From contig CAWBAT010000005.1 in the NCBI GenBank assembly GCA_963786955.1, positions 1,408,001-1,472,000 of the forward strand: a DNA stretch of 64,000 nucleotides, written 5' to 3'. Below the pieces are notes generated by a model. That model searched no databases. It saw only the letters and a program-made list of their open reading frames with translations, and was not told the DNA's origin. The translations under genes and the position numbers were made by a program. Positions 19,838 to 32,169 of the stretch are shown piece by piece. The DNA comes from an uncultured Acidimicrobiia bacterium. Lineage in GTDB: Bacteria; Acidobacteriota; Terriglobia; Versatilivoradales; Versatilivoraceae. Position 1 is the stretch's first letter. Each line of letters begins with the position of its first letter.

Positions 19838-22697
19838 ATGACTCGATCCTTACAAGCTTCTGATACTATGAATCTTAAGATAAAACACTTTGTCCTCTAC
19901 TCTGTTTACCTCACTTTATTTTTTGCCCCTTCGGCAAATTCGCAAGACTCAGGGTATCCGGTGCAGTTACCTACAGGGAAGGTTCTCGTTGGGGCCCCCG
20001 CCGGCGTCTTTATTTCGGATCTTAACGCATTTCCAATCAACTCGACGAGTAGCCTGGACGGACGGTACGTGGCTTTCTTAAATAACGGCTATGGCCATGC
20101 GGCCTCAGGTTTTCACAAATCCGTAGCCATATATGATCGAGTAACTGGCCACGTTGCTGACTTCACAGACCCAGGTACCGGCCTTCTTTTCGATGGTCCT
20201 GCGGACATCACGACTCCCTTCTACGGAATTGCCTTTAGCTCAACTGGACAAAGGCTGTATGTGTCGGTCGCCTCGACCAAGGACGACGAGACGTTGGGGA
20301 ACCGTACCCAGAATGGTATCCGAATTTACAACGTTCGAGAGCGGGCACTCGACCCAGCGGGCGTGATTCAAATCACTCCCTCAGATGTGCCTCTGCCCAC
20401 AGGTCTCAAGCTTAACAATCCAGCTCCTACTCCATCCGGCATTTGTGTCCGGCCGGATCCTGAAAATCCAGGCGAGGACTTGGTTTATGCTGCCTTGACT
20501 TTAAGTGATGTGGCGGTTGAATTGAGCACCAAAACGGGAAGGGTGAGGCGCCGCTTCAATCTGCACACCCGTTCCGATCGTCCTGCTCTGCCGTCGGAAT
20601 ATCCTTACGCAACCGCAGTGACTCAGGACGGCAAGACTCTTTATGTGATCTCTATAATGGATCTGCAATAGCGGTAGTGGACCTGATCACAGGGCAGGTG
20701 ATTTCCTTGCCCGTCGGAATTCAGCAAATAGGGCCCTCCTCGCCCAGCAGCCACCCCAGCCACTTGGCATTGCACCCATCTGGCAGAGCCGTCTATGTCG
20801 CCGTGGAAAACAGCGACCTGGTCTGCATCATCGACAACAACCCAGCTTCTCCTACTTACCGCACGGTGACCGGGAACCTGGATATCCGGCCTCAAGAAAT
20901 GCGTCGATTGAAACTGCTAGGAGCGGGGCCTAACCACTTGAGCTTTACTCCGGATGGCAAAACGCTCTTTGTGTCATTGGGATTGCTCAATGCAATCGCT
21001 GTGGTTGACTTGAAATGGGACAGCCCTTCCGTTTTTGACCCCGTGGTGAAAGGCTATCTGCCGACGCTTTGGTATCCCCACACCACGGAAGTGAGCCGCG
21101 ACGGAAAAACGCTTTACATGACTAGTGGTAAAGGCAAAGGGACGGGACCCAATCGGCCGAATCGTCCTTACCCAGCAGGTCAGCGACCCGGCGCCTACGG
21201 GCCAACTTTGCTGAAGGGATCGCTGACCAGATTAGCCTCACCGAAATCCAAAACAACCTCGACGCTTTCAGTCAATCCGTGAAAAGCAACAATCAAATTG
21301 ATGAGGCGTCTCTCAGAGCAGCTCAAAAGGCCATTGATTTTAATCCAATCCGGCATGTGATCTACGTCATTAAGGAAAACCGGACTTATGACCAGGTCTT
21401 TGGCGATCTGAAAGGCACAATTTCCGACGAGACTTGCTTGTATTTTGGAGAATCGTTTACTCCCAATCATCACAAACTGGCGCGCGAATTCGGTATCCTG
21501 GATAATTTTTTTGATAGCGCCGAAGTCAGCTTCAACGGTCACACCTGGACGACAGCAGGAATTAACAGCGGCTGGAATGAACAACAGTGGCAAATTAACT
21601 ATTCGACCAAGAACTTCACCTATGACTCGGAGGGCCGAAACAATGACTCTCTGCCGATCCTGCATAACCAGGCTGACGTGGACTCGCCCCAGGGAGGTTA
21701 TATCTGGGACACGGTGACCGCAGCCCGAAAAACCATCGGCATTTACGGGGAGTATTGCGAAAACCCGCCGCAACCCTTGAAATGGCTCGAAAAAGGCGAT
21801 CCACTCCCCTCATACCTGGTCCACCCAGGAATAGGAAAGGATAGCCCGTTTCCCTGGCGTGTGCCACTGTTTGCCGAGCTCGATCCCAACGGAATCGTGA
21901 AGGGTGGCACTGTTCCGACCAAGGGGGTGTTTCAGGGTTCTTTTCAACCTCTCTATCCCGATTTTGACCTCCTCTTTCCTGACATACTGCGCTTCATGAT
22001 TTGGAAGCGAGACTTTGACCGGATCGCAAAAAGACAAAAGCAGACGGGTGAAGACGCGCTCCCAGCCTTCAGCATTGTTCGTCTTGGCAACGACCATACT
22101 CGCGGAGTTGCTCCCGGGGGACCCACTCCCGATGCCAGCGTGGCAGATAACGACCTGGCATTGGGCTGGCTCGCAGAAACCATTTCCGGTAATCCCTATT
22201 ACTGGAGCAACACTGCTATTGTGGCTTTGGAAGACGATGCCCAATCCGGATGCGACCACGTCGATTCCCACCGGAGCATCGCTCTGTTTATCAGCAAATA
22301 CAACAAAGGTTCTCGGCAAACCCAAAGTGTGGATTCCCGCTTTTTAACGACCGCGAGCGCCGTGCGCACAATTGAGGCGTTACTCGGGCTTTCCTCCAGC
22401 AACGTAATGACTGCTACCTCTCCGTTGCTTTTCTCAGAACTGCAGAAAGACCCCTCTCTCTGGCACGGACCGTACAAGGCAGATGTTACTAACCTTGAAA
22501 ATGGTCTCATTTTTCAGGAAGCCACTGGCAAGATTCGCCAAAATCCCGGTTTGCAGGAGTTGGCAGCTTTGACGGCTTCACTCGACATGGAGGAGGCCGA
22601 TCAGGCCGACGCTGAAAAGCTGAACTATATCCTGGAACAATGGGTACGTTTACAGGGCCGCCTGAGCTGCTGCGGCCCTGGAATTCAGCCAAAGTGA
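19838..22697 (+). CDS. Exported YncE-like beta-propeller + phosphoesterase (alkaline phosphatase superfamily) protein; two frameshifts
   Basis: Propeller repeats (DGKTLYV); IYVIKENRTYDQVFGD, TPNHHKLA, NDHT, EDDAQSG.DHVDSHRS; breaks near 20650 and 21230. Confidence 0.85.
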
Positions 22698-23652
22698 TGA
22701 CTTCCAACAGAAGGTGACGATTGGGCAGGAATCGGACACCGAGAGATCCGAAATGAACCGAGTCATCGGCGAAAGCACTCTGCGAATCACTGCGATGAGT
22801 GGCGATTCTCCGCTTCCACCTGCGCGATGCTTTTTTCCGAGAAGATCCCCGATATCGTCAACCTTCTCATCGAGCAGATTCAACTTGTGTGCCATGCCTT
22901 GAATCTCAGACTCCGCGCGGCGGTTGACTTCGAAATCCAGCTCGCTGCGCAGACGATCCTTGGTGTCCTGACGGTTCTGGCTCATCATGATGATTGGCGC
23001 CTGGATGGGCGAGCATCGAGAGAAAAAGGTTGAGCAGGATAAAAGGATACGGATCCCAGGCCGACTGGCGCAAGATCACATTGATCCCCGAGTAGACGAT
23101 CAGGACAATGCCAAACAAGATAATGAAGGTCCAGGATCCTCCAAATCGGGCAACCGAGTCGGCGATGTGTTCACCGGTTGTCGCGTGCTCCTCGATGACC
23201 TCGTTGGGGTTGCGCATCGAGCGCACGCGCACGAGTTGCTGGGAGGCATGGAATTGGCGGCCAAGCACAGTCATCATATCGATCCCCGCGTGCGGTTTAC
23301 TCTGCAGCAAGGCGGTGATGTCATGCCTGTCCACTTCAATGCAGACGGTTTCTTCGAGCGCAATCGCATTGGTCTGATGAGGTGTCTGATCGAGCATTGA
23401 AGCAAATCCGAAGAACTCTCCATGCGCGGGCTCATCAACGATTACCTCCTGGTGATCTTCGTCTACCGTGGTCACCCGAACTCTCCCGGATACCATCACA
23501 TAGGCTGGTCCTGGCAAGTCGCCGATCTTGTAGATGCGCTCACGCAAGGTGAAACGTTTGAGCTCGACTTGTCCGGCCAAAACAGCCATTTCTTCATCGT
23601 CCAGCAGGGCAAAGAGTGGGACATGTTTGAGTACTTCTGGGTCGCATACCAT
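22650..23652 (-). CDS. cNMP-binding domain + DUF1003 membrane protein; frameshifted, 3' end uncertain
   Basis: VPLFALL…GEFFG; FGGSWTF, WDPYPFILLNLFLS, MMSQNRQ…DFEVNRRAE. Confidence 0.82.
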
Positions 23653-23722
23653 TGGTCAATTCCTCCTTTGACGTGGGTCGTCTCCGACCTGTTCTGGGCA
23701 TTGTATGAATAAGGGAACGGTA

Positions 23723-24572
23723 TCAATGGAACTCTGACCGCCGAAAAACAGCAGGGAAATCGACAGAGAATCCAATCTGGGCCCCGATCCGAGGGCTGGC
23801 AATAAACCTCCCGCCGAGCAAACCGAAATCAAGAGTCAGCCCTTTCCGGACTGCATACATACCGCCGACGAGTATCTGGAATTGACTCCTGCTCAGTCCA
23901 GGGTTGTTCGTGAATCCGCCGTAGAGTTCGGCGCCCAGGGTCCACTTGGAGTTGAAGTCGCGTAGAAGTGAAAGGCCTCCGGCGTAGACCATACCGCGCA
24001 CGGAGTGAATTCCCGGTCACCGGTGCTGGTATCGCCGGCAAACACAATGCCTGCGTTCACAGTGAGCCTGTTTTTTCCAGAAAGGTGCTTTTGTGCGATG
24101 AAATTGAACCAGTAGTCTATCTCCCCGGAGCCCAACTGCTGGTACTTATCTCCAGTTGGAAACTCAACGTAAAAGGTCACGCCCATTGCCGGAACACGGG
24201 AAGCATCGGACTCCTTTCTGAAGTTCCACTTCATTCCGAGGTTGGTATCGCCGATCCCAGCGGAAGTCTGGGGCAACCTTCCCAGAGCGCGAAAGATCGA
24301 AAGATACGGATAGTCTACGTCTATTTCCAAATTGTAAGGCAGGCCATAGTTCAGTTTAAAGTTTGTGGTGTCTGCCTGAGACTCGGGTATTGACCATGGT
24401 GGAGAGCGTCAAATTCATTGAAGAATTCAAAGTGATACGTTCCTCGTTCGGTGACCGCGGGGTCGTCCGTGTAGAAAGGCAGTTGAGCCGGCAGAGGCGC
24501 GGCGAAGAGAGCAAAGTGCAAGATAGGCAAAATGAAGCATGGTCGCAGCAATTGATTTCTTAGAAGTTTCAC
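23723..24572 (-). CDS. Putative outer-membrane beta-barrel ('transporter' family) protein; frameshifted
   Basis: Signal peptide; PFYTDDP, GIGDTNLGMKW, PTGD…LGSG; beta-strand C-terminus; three fragments. Confidence 0.65.
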
Positions 24573-24649
24573 ATTTGAAAGAAGTGTTTGGGCGACACCC
24601 TGCTCGAGGTCATTCTGCGGGTGTAGGTTGGCTGAGGGCGCTCCTATTT

Positions 24650-24997
24650 CTACTGGAAGGTGTTAACGTGATTCCTTGTTCCTCTATCGTGAGATCGACC
24701 ACGGTAGAGCAACAAATTTGAAATCGTCGCGATGGCTGCACCGGTAACAAACACCCATGTAATCGGTCGCAAGCCGATTTTGAAAAGGGCCGTGATGGTA
24801 CCAACAGAAAATGATATCTGGAGCAGGCCCAGAAACAGTCGCAGCCAGCCCCAAATCAGCAAATGGCTGGCCTCCTCCGTGAGCCCGAGGATCTTTCCCG
24901 CATCACCTCTCCGGATTGCTCCTTCGTCCTTTTCATTGAATTCTTGACTCACTGATGAGTTTCCCAGAAAAGTTCCCACATGTTTCCGATCAGACAA
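24650..24997 (-). CDS. Small membrane hypothetical protein
   Basis: Two hydrophobic segments (WGWLRLFLGLLQ…; WVFVTGAAIAT). Confidence 0.5.
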   Translation of the reverse strand: MSDRKHVGTFLGNSSVSQEFNEKDEGAIRRGDAGKILGLTEEASHLLIWGWLRLFLGLLQISFSVGTITALFKIGLRPITWVFVTGAAIATISNLLLYRGRSHDRGTRNHVNTFQ

Positions 24998-25110
24998 TGG
25001 AGATCATGAGCAGAGCGTCCCAACTCTTGCCTCTGGCTGTGGTTGTACTTCGAGCTACTGCAGAGGAGAAAGTTTGACCACTGCAAGAGAAACCTTCTTC
25101 ACACTCACGG

Positions 25111-26217
25111 CTATTCTGCTGGCGTGATGGTGCTGAGGGCTGCCAACGCCTTCGTAGTAACATTTGGCGGTAAAGGAACGTAATTGAGTTTGGGAGCCTC
25201 GTTTTGGCCGTCCACTAAGCACCACCGGAACAGCTCCCGGATCGTCTTTGCTTTTTCGGCGTCGTCATAATTCTTATGGGAGAGGATCCAAGTCAAAGTG
25301 ACGATCGGATAGGAATCATGACCCGCTGGATCTGGGATGAACAGACGCAGATTTTCAGGCAGTTCTGTCTCCGCGAGCGCGGCCGTGCAGCTCTGTTCGG
25401 TCGGCTTGACGAAGTTTCCCTGCTTATTCTCCAGGAGTGCCATTTGTAGACCAAGCTTGCCAGCGAACTCATAACCAACATAGCCGATTGAGCCAATCGA
25501 GTGCTGGATAAGGCCGCGACGCCCTCATTGCCGGAGGCTCGCATCACCAAGCCAGGCCAGTTCACCAGAGTTGCCGGGCCGTGCTGGTCACGCGATTTTT
25601 CGCTGATTGCATCGAGGTGCTTCGTGAACGCATAGGTCGTGCCGCTTTTGTCCTGTCGCACCACGGCAACAATGGTGAGTTTAGGAAGCTTTATGTTTGG
25701 GTTTGTCTTAGCGATCAACGGGTCGTTCCAATCTTTGATCTCCCCGAGAAAGATTCCGGCATAGGCCTTACGCGAGAGCTTCAGCTCTCCCCAAGTCAGG
25801 GAGGTTATAAGCGAGTACTACACTGCCGGCGGTTACAGGTAGCAAGAGTGCTCCCCCAGGAACCTGAGAGATCATCTCGTCACTCATGGCCGCATCGCTT
25901 GCCCCAAAGTCTACTTTATCTTCATCTTTAACACTCTTTCCAATAAACCGCCGTACGCCTTCTCCACTGCCGACGCTGTCGTAGCTGATGACCGTTTTGG
26001 GGTGATTGCTCTGGTAGGTCGCAAACCAGTGTTTGTAGAGCAAGGAAGGAAAAGTCGCTCCCGCTCCCTTCACCAGAACACTACCTGCTGGTGCCGTGGA
26101 GTCGGCCTTTCCTTGATCCAGCCCTGAACAGGAACTTAGCGTCCACAAAAGAGCAGCCGTCACTAGCAAAGGCACTGCACGTGTCAAAACCAAGGGGTTC
26201 TCTCTAACTGAATGCAT
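25111..26217 (-). CDS. pstS: Phosphate-binding lipoprotein PstS (third copy); frameshifted
   Basis: Lipobox LSSC; GAGATFP, SVGSGEG, DFGASD, RQDKSGTT, GNEGV, YPIVTLTW. Confidence 0.88.
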
Positions 26218-26357
26218 CGTACTTCCCTCTTTTCAATGAGTATGGCTGCCGCCCCCACCTCTACATTCAATGACAGCGGCTGTCAGCGAGTTAATCCAGG
26301 GCATAACGCTAAGCCGAACATTAGAGCGTAGTGGACTTGCATTTGAAGCGGTCTCTT

Positions 26358-27201
26358 CTAACTGAATTCTCCGCTGATGTAATCCTTAGTGTGCTTTTCC
26401 TTGGGATTCTGAAAGACTTGCTTAGAATCGCCGAACTCTACAAGTAGCCGGTGCGCCCACCCTCGGCAGTGTCTACGTACAGGAAACCGGTTTTGTCGGC
26501 CACGCGCTGTGCCTGCTGCAGGTTGTGGGTTACGATCGCGATGGTGTAACGTTTTTTAAGTTCGAGCATTAGCTCCTCGATCTTGCGGGTAGCGATAGGA
26601 TCCAGTGCAGAACAGGGCTCGTCCATAAGCAAAACTTCGGGGTCTGTGGCGATGGCCCTAGCGATGCAGAGGCGCTGTTGCTGCCCACCGGAGAGCGAGA
26701 GCCCGCTCTTGTGGAGTTTGTCTTTTACTTCATCCCAGAGTGCAGCGCGCTTCAATGCCTCTTCGACTTTCTTCGGGATGTCTCCTTTATAGCGGTTCAA
26801 ACGAAGCCAAAGGCGACATTATTGTAGATACTGGTGGCGAAGGGGTTAGGCTGTTGGAAGACCATGCCGATAAAACGCCGAACGGCGACAGCATCTACGG
26901 AAGTATGATAGATATCTTTACCCCGGAAGCGCACATGGCCTTTGAATCGAAAGCCGCGCACAAGGTCGTTCATCCGGTTCAGGCAACGGAGCACCGTGCT
27001 CTTGCCACACCCGGAGGGTCCGATGAAAGCCGTAATGGAGTTCTTCTTGATGGGAATGGTCGTGTCACGAACGGCTTTAAAAGTCCCGTAGTGAAGTTCT
27101 TTGATGTGACAGTCAATAACAGTATCCCCGGGATCTGGCGCTGTCAGAATTTTACTCGTGCCGGTCCTGTCTTTACCCATATTCGTTGCACTGGTCATCA
27201 T
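26358..27201 (-). CDS. pstB: Phosphate ABC ATPase PstB (operon 2); frameshifted
   Basis: [32 protein letters not shown], …KDYISGEFS*. Confidence 0.92.
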
Positions 27202-27211
27202 ATCAACACTC

Positions 27212-28164
27212 CTATTCACGGATCTGTTTGCGGGACAGACTCTGCCCCGCAAGATTAGTCACTAACACCAGCAACACCAGAACCAACGCCGCTGCCCAAG
27301 CGAGTTCAACTTGATTCTCAAAAGGCATACCTGCAAAGTTGTAGATCAGCACAGCCAGAGAGGCCGTCGGCTGCATGAGGTTTACGTGGCCACGCGAAGC
27401 GATCCAGTAATTGCTGAAAAGCGCGGTGAAGAGCAAAAGGGCCGTTTCCCAGCCGCGCGGGCCACGGCTAGCATGACGCCAGTCAAAATCCCCGGAAGCG
27501 CCGTCGGAAGCAAAACCATCCAGACCGCCTGAGTATTGGTCGCTCCCATGCCGATTGCTGCCTCCCGCATTCTCGCCTGCACCATGCGGATGGCGTCTTC
27601 TGCCGTCAGGATAATTGTCGGCAGCATCAGAATGGACAAAGCGGCCCCTCCTGCAAATGCCGAGAAACCACCTGTGAGAAGAACCAGGACGCCATATGCA
27701 AAGACCCCGGCCAGGATCGACGGGAAACCCGTCATGACTTTGGCGGCAAACCGGACCGAGTAGCCAAACGGCTCTCTTTCTCGGCCTGCGCCAGAAATAT
27801 GGCGCTGAAGATGCCAATCGGCACCTATTATGGTTGCGAGGGCAACCATAATCAGTGTGCCGACGATGGCGTTCCCGAACCCGCCCCCAAGCTCTAGCGG
27901 TGCTGGCGGCAGCTGTGTAAAGAGGGAGAGGCTCAGTTTCCGTCCGCCTCGCCATAAGAGCATCCCAACTACCGAGAATAGCGGGATCAAAGCAAGGAGG
28001 GTCATCCCAGCGACTAGCCAAGTCATCATGAAACTGAACAGGGTTCGGGGACGCCGCAGAGACCTCTCCAGCTCTGGGAAATCTACATCGGTGAGCGGCC
28101 CATAATCCGGCTCAGTAGGCTGCGTCATGAGCAGTTGCTCTGTGGTGACATCGTGCCGGGCCAT
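27212..28164 (-). CDS. pstA: Phosphate ABC permease PstA (operon 2); frameshifted
   Basis: GGGFGNAIVGT, PSILAG, EAAIGMGA, ETA.LLFTA. Confidence 0.9.
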
Positions 28165-29178
28165 TATTTGCCTCCCTCCAGGCTTGCTGATGCTCGCTGA
28201 AGAATGACCGCCCCAAACACGTTGGTTAATAGCGTAATCGCCAGAAGAACTAATGCGGCATACATCAGGACGCTGACTTCTTTCGCAGGGGCTTCGGGGA
28301 AATTATTGGCCAACAAGGCTGCAAGCGTATTTGCAGGGGAGAATAACGAAACCTTGATCTGATTGGCATTTCCCACCAACATGGCAAGAGCCATGGTCTC
28401 TCCCAAAGCCCGACCGAAAGCTAGGACTACCGCCCCAAAAATTCCCCTCAATGCCGTCGGTAAGATCACAGCCAAAATGGTCTCCCATTGTGTGGCGCCC
28501 AGGCCATAAGCTGCCATCCGAAGCTTTGAGGGTACCGACACAAGGGCATCACGGCTGATGGCAGTGATGGTGGAAAATCAGACTAGACAAAACCAAAGCT
28601 GCCGGGAGCATCCCTGGACCGCTTAATGTTGTCCCAAAAAACGGAATCCAGCCCAGTTTCAGATGAAGCCAATTGCAGGCTGGACGAACAAGCGGGATCA
28701 CCACGAACAGACCCCACAACCCGTAGACGACGCTCGGGATTGCAGCCAGCAACTCGATCAGGTTTTTCAGCAACTGCTCCAGACGATCCGGAAGCGTTCC
28801 CCACACCGGATGGAAATGGACGCGAAAAACCCTTAAAATCCGAAATACAAACGAGGCCAGGTAGCCTTCGCTTAGAAATATTGCAGCCGTCAGTCGAAAC
28901 CGGTGCCAATGAAAAGGCCAACACCGAGCTATGCGGGGTCCCCCAGATTTCGGTAGGATTCCGAATCTGCCCTGCTTAGGATCCCAAGTGGTTCCGGTTA
29001 GAAATCCCAGTCCCTCCTGCCGCAACGCGGGCAGCGCAGCCGTGGCGATCCTCAAGACGATGAACGTAATCAAGAGAACAAACAGCCACGCAAGTCCGTA
29101 GCACAGCCTGCGAAATACGGTATCCGTTACACTTTGAGATTGAGTCGGAGGTTGGCAAATCTGGTCATGTTCCGGCAA
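28164..29178 (-). CDS. pstC: Phosphate ABC permease PstC (operon 2); frameshifted
   Basis: IELLAAIPSVVYGLWG, FGRALGETMA. Confidence 0.9.
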
Positions 29179-29265
29179 AGCGACACCTCCTTCACCTGTT
29201 TTTTTACGAGGCTCCTACCCTGGTTTTCCTCGATAATGTCCGGCCGTCCCATCTTTTTTCCGGAG

Positions 29266-30321
29266 CTAACTTGCATTCGGCGCCAACTTAATGGATCGCA
29301 CGGCAGCACTGACCTTTTCAACTACGGCTGGTGGCAAAGGGAGGTAGCCGAGAGACTCTGACTCCTTCTGACCATCGGTAAGACAGTACTGAAGGACATC
29401 TTGAAGAATTTCGAACTTCTTTTTATCTTGGTACTGCTTGTAGCAAAGCAGCCAGGTATAAGTGACGATAGGGTACGCGTCCTTGGCCTCAGGGTCGGAA
29501 GCCCAAACAATTAGATCTTCAGGCATCGGTGCGGAGGCAAGGGCCGCTTGACCAGACTCTGGCGTTGCCGAAACGTAGTTTCCCGATTTGTTCTCTAGAA
29601 TAGCCATAGGCACATTCTGGCTCTTGGCATATCCGTATTCGATGTACCCGATCGAGTTCGGAGTCGTCTTGATACTGGCGGTCACACCTTCATTACCCTT
29701 AGAGCGTGTCCCCACCGCCCAATTGGGCATCTTGTTTGTGCCCGGGTTCTTTGCAAATTCGTCACTGATGGTGCTGAGATGCTTGCTGAAGACGTAAGTC
29801 GTTCCACTGCTATCGGCTCGCACGACTACGTTAATAGGCTCGTCGGGAAGCTTAGCCCCGGGGTTCGCCTGAGCGATGAGAGGATCATTCCATTTCTTAA
29901 CTTTGCCCAAGAAGATTCCTGCGTAGGCCTTCCGCGACAATTTCAAATCAGTGACCCCTTCGACAGTATAAACCAGCACGATGCTGCCGGCGGTCATGGG
30001 CAGGCACTGTACTCCCACATCAACTTTGGCAATCTCTTCGGGTGACATGGCTGCGTCGCTGGCGCCGAAGTCGACGGTCTTGTCAATGACACCCTTAACG
30101 CCGGCACCGCTGCCGACCGACTGGTAGTCGATCTGTACATTCTCATGCTTGCTACCATAGGACTTAAACCACTTCGAATAAAGCGGTGCCGGGAAGCTCG
30201 CCCCCGCCCCTTGCAGCTTGACGAGATCCGCAACTCCCTTTTCCTTGCTATCGCCACATGCGATGCCGAGGGCAGCAATCATTACCAGCAATGCAAGCCA
30301 ACAAGCCTGATTCTTCTTCAT
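29266..30321 (-). CDS. pstS: Phosphate-binding lipoprotein PstS (operon 2)
   Basis: Lipobox GIAC; GAGASFP, GSGAG, DFGASD, RADSSGTT, IGYIEY. Confidence 0.95.
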   Translation of the reverse strand: MKKNQACWLALLVMIAALGIACGDSKEKGVADLVKLQGAGASFPAPLYSKWFKSYGSKHENVQIDYQSVGSGAGVKGVIDKTVDFGASDAAMSPEEIAKVDVGVQCLPMTAGSIVLVYTVEGVTDLKLSRKAYAGIFLGKVKKWNDPLIAQANPGAKLPDEPINVVVRADSSGTTYVFSKHLSTISDEFAKNPGTNKMPNWAVGTRSKGNEGVTASIKTTPNSIGYIEYGYAKSQNVPMAILENKSGNYVSATPESGQAALASAPMPEDLIVWASDPEAKDAYPIVTYTWLLCYKQYQDKKKFEILQDVLQYCLTDGQKESESLGYLPLPPAVVEKVSAAVRSIKLAPNAS

Positions 30322-30618
30322 ACCAAGTCTCCTTTCACTCAAATCCTTTAATGAATGTTCGCCAGCCAAGCGGATGACTCTTGATCGAACGGCGCTGGAA
30401 AAGGGTTCATCTCATACCCCTGAATTGAATTTCAGGGGATGATCAGACTCGTGGAGGAATTGCCCTTTTCGTCGCCATCATCACCGTTGAGAAAATTCTC
30501 CTTCGCCTAAACTCGACCTTCGATCATCTGGTTGTTGAGATACGACAGATTGTCTGAGGTTGCGTCCCCTTTTCAGGGCACGGATTGCCTTTCGGAAAGC
30601 CTACAATGCCATAAGGCT

Positions 30619-30645
30619 ATGAAATTAATATTAACTCTGCGTGAA
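30619..30645 (-). promoter_or_regulatory. Pho-box array upstream of pst operon 2
   Basis: Minus strand TTCAC gcagag TTAAT attaat TTCAT. Confidence 0.7.
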
Positions 30646-30693
30646 ATCTTTTGTCCGAGGTGAGATGCAATGCAAAACGGAGATTCGAGGATG

Positions 30694-31041
30694 CTACTGT
30701 GCTTCCAGCAGTGCCTTTTTTGCGTCTTCAAAGTTATAGTAGATTGGGATAACGGCAACGATCCCAGTCTTTGTGAGCACCAGCGCCACATTGGGTTGGG
30801 GATTGAGAAACACCATTTTCCCGTTGCGGAGCTTTAAGAATTTTGCAGTGTTGACCAACGTACCAATCCCAATTGAAGCCATATAATCCACCTGGGAAAG
30901 ATCCACCACCACAAACGACTTTTCTACCGCAGACGCCAATGCCAACTTCATTTCAACATGTGAAGTCCCCTCAATATCCATTCGCCCAGAAAGATCAATC
31001 TTTTTGATACCATCATCGAGCATCTCTACTGCCATTTTCAT
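30694..31041 (-). CDS. STAS-domain anti-anti-sigma factor (RsbV/SpoIIAA-like)
   Basis: LSGRMD, VDLSQVDYMASIGIG. Confidence 0.88.
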   Translation of the reverse strand: MKMAVEMLDDGIKKIDLSGRMDIEGTSHVEMKLALASAVEKSFVVVDLSQVDYMASIGIGTLVNTAKFLKLRNGKMVFLNPQPNVALVLTKTGIVAVIPIYYNFEDAKKALLEAQ

Positions 31042-31476
31042 GCAAACTCTCCCTTTCTCCAGGCACGAGGGGCCGGCGAATTAGTCAGAATATGAATGGC
31101 TCTGAAGTGCGAGAACTGCGATTCATGGCTGACTCAAGAGCTAGCATGGGAATTGCGAGGTCTGTTGGCCCGCTCGTTCGGTGCTTGTTCGGTGAGGCGC
31201 TCCATCGCTGAGTCAATACCTGTGCGATCTGATTCGTCGAAGGCATGCTATCTTCAAGAGTAAAGTAGGGTAGGTTTATTACTTTAGAATTGCGTTAGTA
31301 GTTTTAACAAATTTGTAATTGCAAAGTATAATTCGGAAAATATGATGGTAATGGACATGCTGCCAGAAAGGAAAATAGAAAAGAGAGCTCTCAGATTGGA
31401 GAGATGATGCGACACTCATCTCGTTCCGATTTTACTATAATTATCTAGAGCCTAGTGTCGAGGGGATTATCCACGC

Positions 31477-31761
31477 CTAATATTTCCTGAGGAGGGCACG
31501 TCCTGGCTGAGCGAGTTCTCGTTGTCTCTTGCGCCGATCTTGAATCACCCCGTGCTCAAGGAGAACAACAACAATGCGGCCATACTTTTCGTCCAGGACG
31601 CGCATGATGTCGGCAATTGACAACTTGTGGTTAACGAAGAGATTGCAGATGGTCATTCTTCGTTTGGTGCTCGGATCCAATGAGAAACCATTCGGAGGCT
31701 GAGCGAAAGTGTTTCGCTTGACCTTGAACCCGTCCCTTTCCATCGCTTCGAACTGGGTCAT
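31477..31761 (-). CDS. Small hypothetical protein
   Basis: ATG 31761 just after the DUF2934 stop; helical C-terminus ending QDRRK. Confidence 0.6.
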   Translation of the reverse strand: MTQFEAMERDGFKVKRNTFAQPPNGFSLDPSTKRRMTICNLFVNHKLSIADIMRVLDEKYGRIVVVLLEHGVIQDRRKRQRELAQPGRALLRKY

Positions 31762-31768
31762 GAGATTG

Positions 31769-31984
31769 TCATCCAGCGGCAGTAAGCGCAACCTCAACCT
31801 GATGGTCAAACTGGCTAAGAAATTCCTGCTCAGCTTGCAACCAATCCTGCATGTGAAAACCGTCTAAATACCCTCTTGTCTCATACAGTTGATAGGCGCG
31901 TTGGGCGATCAGCTCGTGGAATAAATCCTCGTTCAGCGATTCGTTTTCGAGTGGGCTCATTTCGATTCTCCCGCATAGGATCAA
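31769..31984 (-). CDS. DUF2934-like small protein
   Basis: IAQRAYQLYETRG…DG…DWLQAE signature. Confidence 0.85.
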   Translation of the reverse strand: MILCGRIEMSPLENESLNEDLFHELIAQRAYQLYETRGYLDGFHMQDWLQAEQEFLSQFDHQVEVALTAAG

Positions 31985-32169
31985 CCTCCATCTTGTCTGG
32001 CAAAGTTATGAAAATATGTTTTCGAAAAAGTTCCTCCTCCGATGAAACTCGAGGACAAGATTCAAAGGAAGAAGAAGACTCGGAGAGGAGCTTAATTCGG
32101 CTTAGTCAATAGAATCAGGCATTCGAGAACTCGGCACTACGTGAGGATCAGGCCTTAAAAGGAGTTGAA

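Noticed and set aside
31280-31325. Possible Pho box upstream of the STAS gene
   Set aside because: Only two weak units, reading on the strand opposite the gene
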